This document shows, piece after piece, positions 56,405 to 64,000 of a DNA stretch of 64,000 nucleotides. Each line of letters begins with the position of its first letter. The stretch's first letter is position 1. Origin of the DNA: Octopus vulgaris (taxonomy: Eukaryota); the NCBI GenBank assembly GCA_951406725.2, contig OX597833.1, positions 27,900,001-27,964,000 on the forward strand, written 5' to 3'. The position numbers and the translations under genes are program-made. The notes beneath the pieces were generated by a model. It did not search any database. It saw nothing but the letters and a program-made list of their open reading frames with translations, and had not been told where the DNA came from.

Positions 56405-58110
56405 ACAGTGGACAGACACAGCTGTGTCACTCAGCGAGACAATTTTATTGGTGTGAAATCATTTTTGATTCCGATTTTGACGTAAGTCGTGTTAAACTTT
56501 GTTGTATCTTCTCCCCGCATGAATGAACCATGGTTTGTTGAATTTGTGAAACACCGTTGCTGTTTTGCCTGCAGGCCTGTTAAATTTTGTGTTTTTCATC
56601 TTCCCTATTTTGGGGCGATGTAACTGAAAAACGGAAAAAATGAAGTGTGAACCAGTTCCAGCACAAGCCGGGAGTTATGCTTCAGCAGCTGGGAAAGAAG
56701 CGCGAGAAATTCAAATTGAACAAAGGAAGCTGAAGGAATACTACAGAGTAATTCAGAAGGAGGGATCCAGTCTGAAACTGACTCCAGAAGAAGTGACAAC
56801 AAGTACCAAGAAAAAAGCAGTGGTGTACAGAACACTATCTACAACCACAAAGGAAATAGAGATAGCTAGGGAAGAAGTAATTGAAGAATGTCTGAAGGAA
56901 ATTAAGCACCTAACAACTTTCTATACAAGAGGCAGAAAATACAGCAAAGTGGAAGTGAGATTTGCCAACGAACAGGAGGCAAGAAATCACTCCACTGTGA
57001 CGCTGAAGTCGGAAAAATAGGTACTCCTACCTACCTACTGCGGCAAAAGGGTCGCCTGAGTGAAAATAGGCAGAGTACCACCAAAAATAAAAGAAGCTTG
57101 GCCGGTGGCTGCCGTAATGCACAAAACCGAGGAGGACACCAAAATTCTAAAGGTGACACAGACAAAAAAGGTAAATTGATGGGGATACAAACTACAAATG
57201 GTCATCCAGGCTGGACAACAAGATCTAAATGAAATTGCTGAAGAAATAATACTACCGGAGGACATAAGGTTGAGAGTGGTGGTAGAAGGAAAGCCACTAT
57301 CTTGCTATCAATGTAGCGAAAAAGGACATATTAAAGTAAAGTGTCTCCAGAGAGAAAATAAAATCGAGGAAAGCCAACAGGAGTAGAATGCCAAAGTGGC
57401 GGACCTAGAAAATGAAAAGTGCACGAAAGAAGCGGAAGAACCATTTACGGAGGTAACCAAAGGAAAAAGAAAAGGAAACCATCGCAGACAACCCAACTGC
57501 ACTACATGTACGAACAGTCAAAAGACCCGGGAAAAACAAATAGCATATGGTAACATATACAAAAAGCACAGACGTAGAAGGAAAAATCACCAAATTTAAA
57601 TCGGTGATAAGAGTTAAATTATCACCGGAACATTACCCAGAAAGTACAAAAGCCATAGTAATAGACAAAGCAAGATATGAGAAATTGAAGAAATGGTTTG
57701 GAAACAAAATAGACCCAATGGAAGTGAGGGTGGAGTTTGACGACCTACCGCCAGTTATAGATTACGACGACTTGTTGCCATATATAAAATGGTAAAGCGT
57801 GAGTAAGCTTTTAAGATTTTAAAGACTACACATGCGATACTAAAAGAAAAAAAGAAGAAAAAATTATATAAAAACTTTGCATTAAAACATTTAAACGGTA
57901 CTGCTTGAGAGTGTAGTTCAAGCAGCCATTACATCCTCATTTAATTATTATCCCTCTCTCATTCATTCGTTTTATGTTTTTTGTCCCCACTGTGGTGTTC
58001 TGTTTGTCCTTGTACCCCCCCCCCCGTGTCATGGCCTGTGTGCCGAATAAAGAAAAACAGTCGGCGAGGTACGCTGTACAGGCCAGTCACGCAGACGACT
58101 AAATACGTCG
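56405..58110 (+). mobile_element. ORF1-only (HAL1-like) non-LTR element with decayed CCHC gag-like ORF
   Basis: Coding-like frame 56640-57795 broken by stops and a frameshift; zinc knuckle CYQCSEKGHIKVKC. Followed by a 3' UTR with a poly-C run and AATAAA; no ORF2. Confidence 0.6.
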
Positions 58111-58143
58111 TTATAATGCGGGACAAATCATATATATTATATA

Positions 58144-58274
<131 letters not shown>

Positions 58275-58433
58275 CGTAGGAGTGGCTGTGTGGTAAGTAG
58301 TTTGCTTACGAACCACATGGTTCCGGGTTCAGTCCCACTGCATGGCACCTTGGGCAAGTGTCTTCTACTGTAGCCTCGAGTCGACCAAGGCTTTGTGAGT
58401 GGATTTGGTAGACGGAAGCTGAAAAAAACCGTC

Positions 58434-58489
<56 letters not shown>

Positions 58490-58995
58490 GGGTGTGTGTG
58501 ATTGTGTATAGAAGAATATATTAATAAAAGGAATTCCAACCTTGTCTGATTTTCACGTTTTATTTACAATCTTATAATGATATAATATAATATATATAAT
58601 ATATATAATATAATATGATAAAATAAAATAAAATAAAATAATAGAATGTTAAATGTTCATTCTGATTGAACTAGTACTTTCATGCATTAAATTATGCAAT
58701 TTTCAGGTTCATGTAGTAGTGGTGAAAGTCATGCTTCACAACCGATGCTGGTGTGTTTACATCCCCCATAACTTAGCGGTTCGGCAAAAGAGATCGATAG
58801 AATAAGTACTAAGCTTACAAAGAATAAGCCCTGGTGTCGACTAAGGGCGGTGCTCCAGCATGGCCACAGTCAAATGATTGAAACAAGTAAAAGAGTAAAG
58901 AGTATAATTAAAATTCAGTTGAATTAGGTACTTAAATTGAGACACCAAGCCAGTTCGGTATAATCCATGCTGCTCAAAGTTAGGTGAACATAATT

Positions 58996-59209
58996 CAAAT
59001 AAGTAACAAAGATGTCCAGGTATCAATGAATTACAGCCGTTTCAAGTGGCCCCATTTAATTGATCAATGAAAATTTAACATCAATTTGAAAGAAATCTGA
59101 GGAGGGCGGATTCTTTCAATTTGATGTAATGTTTTCATTGATCGATTAAACGGGGCCGCTTGAAACGGCCGTAAGGCATTGATACCTGGACAACCTTGTT
59201 ACTTATTTG
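58996..59209. mobile_element. Penelope-type fold-back element with hammerhead core
   Basis: About 100-bp imperfect inverted arms. CTGAGGA 59097-59103, helix II GGGCGG/CCGCTT, GAAA-CGGCCG-TA 59162-59173. Confidence 0.7.
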
Positions 59210-59612
59210 CATGTACTCTTTTGCATACATCAGTCATTAGACAGCGGCTGTACTTGTTATTCTTCACATTGTAGGTGCATCTAGTTGAAGAAATCGACCC
59301 TAGCACTTATCTTTAATTCTGGTAATTATTCTATAAGTACAAGGCTTTACTCAAGCAGCTATGTTACGGGACGTAAACAAAGTATAAGTTGTCGTGCAGT
59401 TGGAGCGGGACACACACACACACACACACGACGGGCTTCCTTACAGTTTTTGTCTACCAAATTCACTGATAAAGGCTACTGTAGTAGAAAACCCTTGGTC
59501 AATTGTCCCACGCAGTTGAGTTCAACTCGAAACCACGTGATTGCAGAACTAACTTCTTAGCGATTCAGCCATATTTGCGCCTATGTGTGTGTGTATGTAT
59601 GTGTGTGTTTGT

Positions 59613-59679
<67 letters not shown>

Positions 59680-60082
59680 CGTGTGTGCTTCAGTTATTTG
59701 ACTGCAGCGATGCTGGAGCACCGCCTTGAAAGGTTTTAGTCGAACAAATCGGCCTCGGGGCTTATTTTCGTTAAGCCTAGTACTTATGCTATCAGTCTCT
59801 TTGCTGAACAGCTAACTTGCGGGTACGTAAACACACCTACACCAGTTGGGAGTACAAGTGGTGATGGGGGTACAAGCACAGACACAAAGACACGCACACA
59901 AATATGTACATTTATATATATATACGTACGACGGGCTTCTTTCGGTTTCCGTCTACCATATCTACTCACAAGGCTTTGGTCGGCTCGAGACTATAAGACA
60001 CTTGCCCAAGGTGCCGCGCAGTAGGACTAAACACTGAACCGAAAGCAATCTTTCGTACCACACAGCTATGTTTGAGTGTGTG

Positions 60083-60180
<98 letters not shown>

Positions 60181-60184
60181 CTAG

Positions 60185-61078
60185 TTGTGATCAATAAGTA
60201 TCCGGACTGGTACTATAAAACAAAACAACACGTACCAATTTAACAAAACGTCACAGTCGTTCTCCTTGTTTACTGTCTGACCAGTTGGAGCATATTCATC
60301 ATGAACAATCCCCTTGTAGCTGAAGAACATGGTCAACTGTCTTCACATGCTTCGACTGACTCGTGCTCTCTTCGGTTTCGGAGAGATTGGGGTCTTCCAT
60401 TGAGAAGACTGAGCTTTTGTTTCAGGGTCATAGCTATAGACCCACGATCCATCACCCGTTATGACCTTTTTCAAAAAGTCTTCATCGTACTCCACACAAT
60501 CAAAGAGATTTTATACAACTGAAACCCGAGTGTCTTTTTGGTCAGCTGAAAGCAGTTTTGGCACAAACTTGGCAGACACGCGTCTCATACCCAAATCTTC
60601 AGTGATAATGGAGTGAACTGAACCGCAGCTAATCTGCATATCCTCTGATAACTCAGGGTTGGTGATTCAACGATTTCCCCTCACAGCTGTATGCACATCT
60701 GCGATGTTTTCCTCAATTCTGCTGATTGCGAGTCTCCCAGAACGTTCGTCACTATCGACATTTTTTCGGCCATCTTCGGAACGTCTGAAGCACTTTCTGG
60801 ATCTTTGCGTAGGCCTCTGAGCAGGTATTGCCAGGCATTTGGCAAAATTTGATGCAGATTCTCTGCTCAACTTTCTCTGTGATGGTCAATGCGACTATCA
60901 CACGCTACATACGTTCCTTCCTAGCACTGCTGTAAACAGTAGAAGTGAGCTAGAACGTTAACACTTAGTACACATGCACAGCAAATTTCAAGGTTAATCT
61001 GTGCCCAGCGACATTGCTCTGCGTGCCTTAGTTTCATTACTATGGCAACAGTCTGGATATTTATTGATCAGACCACGT
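60185..61078 (-). mobile_element. Mariner element, same family as 9210-10097, internally deleted
   Basis: Same TIR core (TGATCAATAAGTATCCGGACTG / CAGTCTGGATATTTATTGATCAGACCACG). Transposase remnants: DSDERSGR and a degraded TGDESW-like motif. Confidence 0.8.
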
Positions 61079-61085
61079 ATATATA

Positions 61086-61152
<67 letters not shown>

Positions 61153-61209
61153 GATACATACGTATATGTATATACTTACCTATATACGTATATACATATT
61201 CATATGTGG

Positions 61210-61790
61210 GTAGAGAACGTCTCAGAAAGTAAACGACAAAAAATACGAAAATATGGAATACGAAATACGAATACATGGAATACGAAATTTTTTTACGAAC
61301 AACGAAGGGAAAAAATCGAAAACAAGACACGCAACATAAAGAGCGACCCTTCATCTGTCAGCTGTTTTTCTAATCCGTATTTCGAGCATTTCATGACAAG
61401 ATAAACGATTAGAAAGTTGCTCTCGCAAAGGAAATTAAATAAATTTTGAGATTTGCGGAGGGTGATAATTGGTAACAAAAACAGGACAGGGAAAACAAAC
61501 AGGAAGGGCTGCTAAGCCTAAACGAAGAGAGGTAGTGAACTCGAAGAAGGAAGCTTGGACAGGAGAAAGACAAGAATACGTCTGATTCGTCCAGCTGTGT
61601 CAGGAAAAAAGAAAGAAACACAAAGAAAGAAAGATGAACGGTGGTCACGTGGGAGCCACGAGAGAGCAATAGAGGAAGAGTGAGAGAATAACGAGAGGGG
61701 GGAAGAGGAGATAAAAATAATTGGAGAGAAGAGAGAAAAACGAAAGAGTGATAGAATAATAGAGTAACAGAAGAGAGAAAACATTATGTT
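61210..61790 (-). mobile_element. TA-flanked non-coding element related to 12315-12750
   Basis: Shared ordered motifs with 12315-12750; purine-rich + strand. Confidence 0.5.
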
Positions 61791-61794
61791 ATAA

Positions 61795-62093
61795 GCGCAG
61801 AAGTGGATGTGTGGTAAGTAGCTTGCTTACCAGACACATGGTTCTGGGTTCAGTCCCACTGCGTGGCACCTTCGGTAAGTGTCTTCTACTATAGCCTCGA
61901 GCCGACCAAAGCCTTGTGAGTGGATTTGGTAGACGGAAACTGAAAAAGTAGTTCTCCTTGTTTACTGTCTGGCCATGACGAACAATCCCCTTCTGGTCGA
62001 AGAAAACTGTCAACCGTGTTTTCTCATTGCTTCGACTCATTCGTGCTTTCTTCTATCTCGGAGAGGTTAGGATCTTCCACACACATATATATA

Positions 62094-62155
<62 letters not shown>

Positions 62156-62372
62156 TGTGTGTGTGTCTGTGTCTGTGTCTGTCCCCTCCACCATCGCTTG
62201 GCAACCAATGTTGGTGTATTTACGTCCCCGTAACCTAGTTGTTCGGCAAAAGAGACCGATAGAATAAGTACTAGGCTTACAAAGAATAAGTCCTGGGGCC
62301 GATCTTTTCGACTAAAGGCGGTGCTCCAGCATAGCCGCAGTCAAATGACTGAAATAGTAAAAGAATAAAAGA
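61795..62372 (+). mobile_element. tRNA-type SINE family B with internal microsatellite (representative copy; contains a mariner fragment)
   Basis: GCGCAG.AGTGG.TGTGTGGTAAG...GGGTTCAGTCCC (B box)...GACTGAAA 3' end. Other copies at about 4320-4920, 15770-15935, 24250-24440, 29530-30320(-), 33205-33475, 38370-38750(-), 49010-49410, 49510-49850(-), 50605-50900(-), 50985-51400, 55040-55465(-), 58273-58900 and 59230-60070(-). Confidence 0.85.
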
Positions 62373-62422
62373 ATATATATGTGAGTGTGTGTGTATGTAT
62401 ATATATATATATATATATATAT

Positions 62423-62500
<78 letters not shown>

Positions 62501-62503
62501 CAT

Positions 62504-62869
62504 AGTAAAAATTATTTCCCAACGTAACGTGGCAGTCCCGGTTGGGACGAATTTTACTGTTATTTAGCCCAACGAAACGTCGTCTCCAGCAGGCTATACG
62601 ACACATTATCTGTGTCCTTATATCGAACAGTTGAGTTTAGCATCCCCACTCAGCACAAAGCAATATCTATGGACCACGGTTTCTGGGTTATTTCTCTTCC
62701 TCAGCAGAGGATAACTGCTTGGTTAGAGATGCCGCTACTAAATTCCTACTATAAGAACACAGATAGTGTGTTGTATACTCCAGCTGGAGATGATGTTTCC
62801 TGCGGCTAAATAATAGTAACATTTGTCCTAACCGGGACTGTCAGATTATGTTGGTAAATAATCTTTACT
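62504..62869. mobile_element. MITE with about 118-bp imperfect TIRs
   Basis: AGTAAAAATTATTTCCCAAC...GTGTCCTTATA versus TATAAGAACAC...GTTGGTAAATAATCTTTACT. Confidence 0.75.
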
Positions 62870-63283
62870 TTAGAGTACTGTTACGTTGAGAGATTTAGAA
62901 ATAATAATGCTTCTATTGATATATATACATATATATATATATATGTATATATGCATATATATATACATATAGACATATGTTCTCACATAAAAAATGTATA
63001 TATGTGTATATATACGTACATACATACGTACAAACATACATACATACACTCACAGACATACACACGCACACATATGCAAACATACATACATACATACATA
63101 CATACATACATACATACATACATACATACATACATACATACATACATACATACATACATACATACATACTATACACGCACTGGATAGATGAATTTGTATT
63201 TGTTCTGGAGAACAATTAACTACAAAATTTTTTTTAAGAAATCAATGCGGCATTATATCTATCCATTCATCTATCTATATATT

Positions 63284-64000
63284 GTGTGCGCTTTCCCGCA
63301 GCTCGTCTCCATGACCGAACTGCAGTCGTGGATCAAAAAGAGGCCGAGGAAGGGCGAATGGCACCGCGAGTGTCGCGTTGCTCTCAAGCAACTCTGCCGT
63401 CCTGGGTCGACCTTAAGTGACTTCAACACAACCAAAGCATTCTATAGGGGTTTAGTGGAGGGGAGGTACGACGACGAGCTCGGGGCGAACCTGGACGTCG
63501 ACGAGGAGTACCTGACCCGCCTGTTCAGGACGACTTTCGGGCCAGGGCCCATGGACAACTTCCAGAGATCCCTGGCCTGGCAGTGCTACCGAGAAGCGCT
63601 ACCCGTTCGGGATAAGCTCTACAGACACGGCTCGAGAAACACGGGGCCGACCTGCCCGAGATGCGGTCAGAGCGACGAAACCGTTCTGCACGCACTCGTT
63701 CAGTGTCCAACAATTTCCGACCTGTGGGCTTGTGTCGAACAACTGCTGTCACGTGTGGGACGAGTCGGTTTATCAGCTGAGTCTATCGTCAATATTGTCA
63801 CGCCTCCTTCCTTCAAACGGGAAGGAAGAGCTATTTTCATCATCCTTGTGGCTATGGCGAAAGAATGTATCTGGTGGACGCGTCTGAAAGGATTGGAGAC
63901 AAACACTTTCCTCTCTGGTCAATCTCTCATCAACTTCTTCAAGTACCACTTGAAAAGGAAAGTGAGAGTAGAGAGGCAAGTTTTGTCTAGCGAATGTTTT
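63284..64000 (+). mobile_element. L1/Tx1-clade LINE ORF2 C-terminus, 5'-truncated, runs off the window
   Basis: Uninterrupted frame of 239 codons: SLAWQCYREALPVRDKL...CPRCGQSDETVLHALVQC...LW (zf-RVT-like) ...KECIWWTR; GC-rich. Confidence 0.85.

Overview
This is animal genomic DNA, AT-rich and saturated with microsatellites. The SINE families and repeat style suggest a coleoid cephalopod, probably Octopus (inference). There is one host gene: a three-coding-exon Bsx/bsh homeobox gene on the + strand (32611-32926, 40432-40619, 42611-42931; 274 aa; eh1 motif, poly-Ala tracts, NK-like homeodomain). The rest is transposon debris: tRNA-type SINEs; R4/Dong, RTE, CR1-like and L1/Tx1 LINEs; Tc1/mariner/pogo elements; MITEs; a Helitron; and Penelope-like elements (PLEs). 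Almost all ORFs in the supplied track are microsatellite artefacts. The main hidden signal is a set of minimal type-I hammerhead ribozyme motifs (CUGANGA...GAAA, palindromic helix III, UH). Several sit in outward-facing fold-back palindromes, most next to (TA)n. The best example is a near-perfect 637-bp palindrome in Bsx intron 1 that carries an intact hammerhead on each strand. All structures were read by eye; no searches or folding programs were run.
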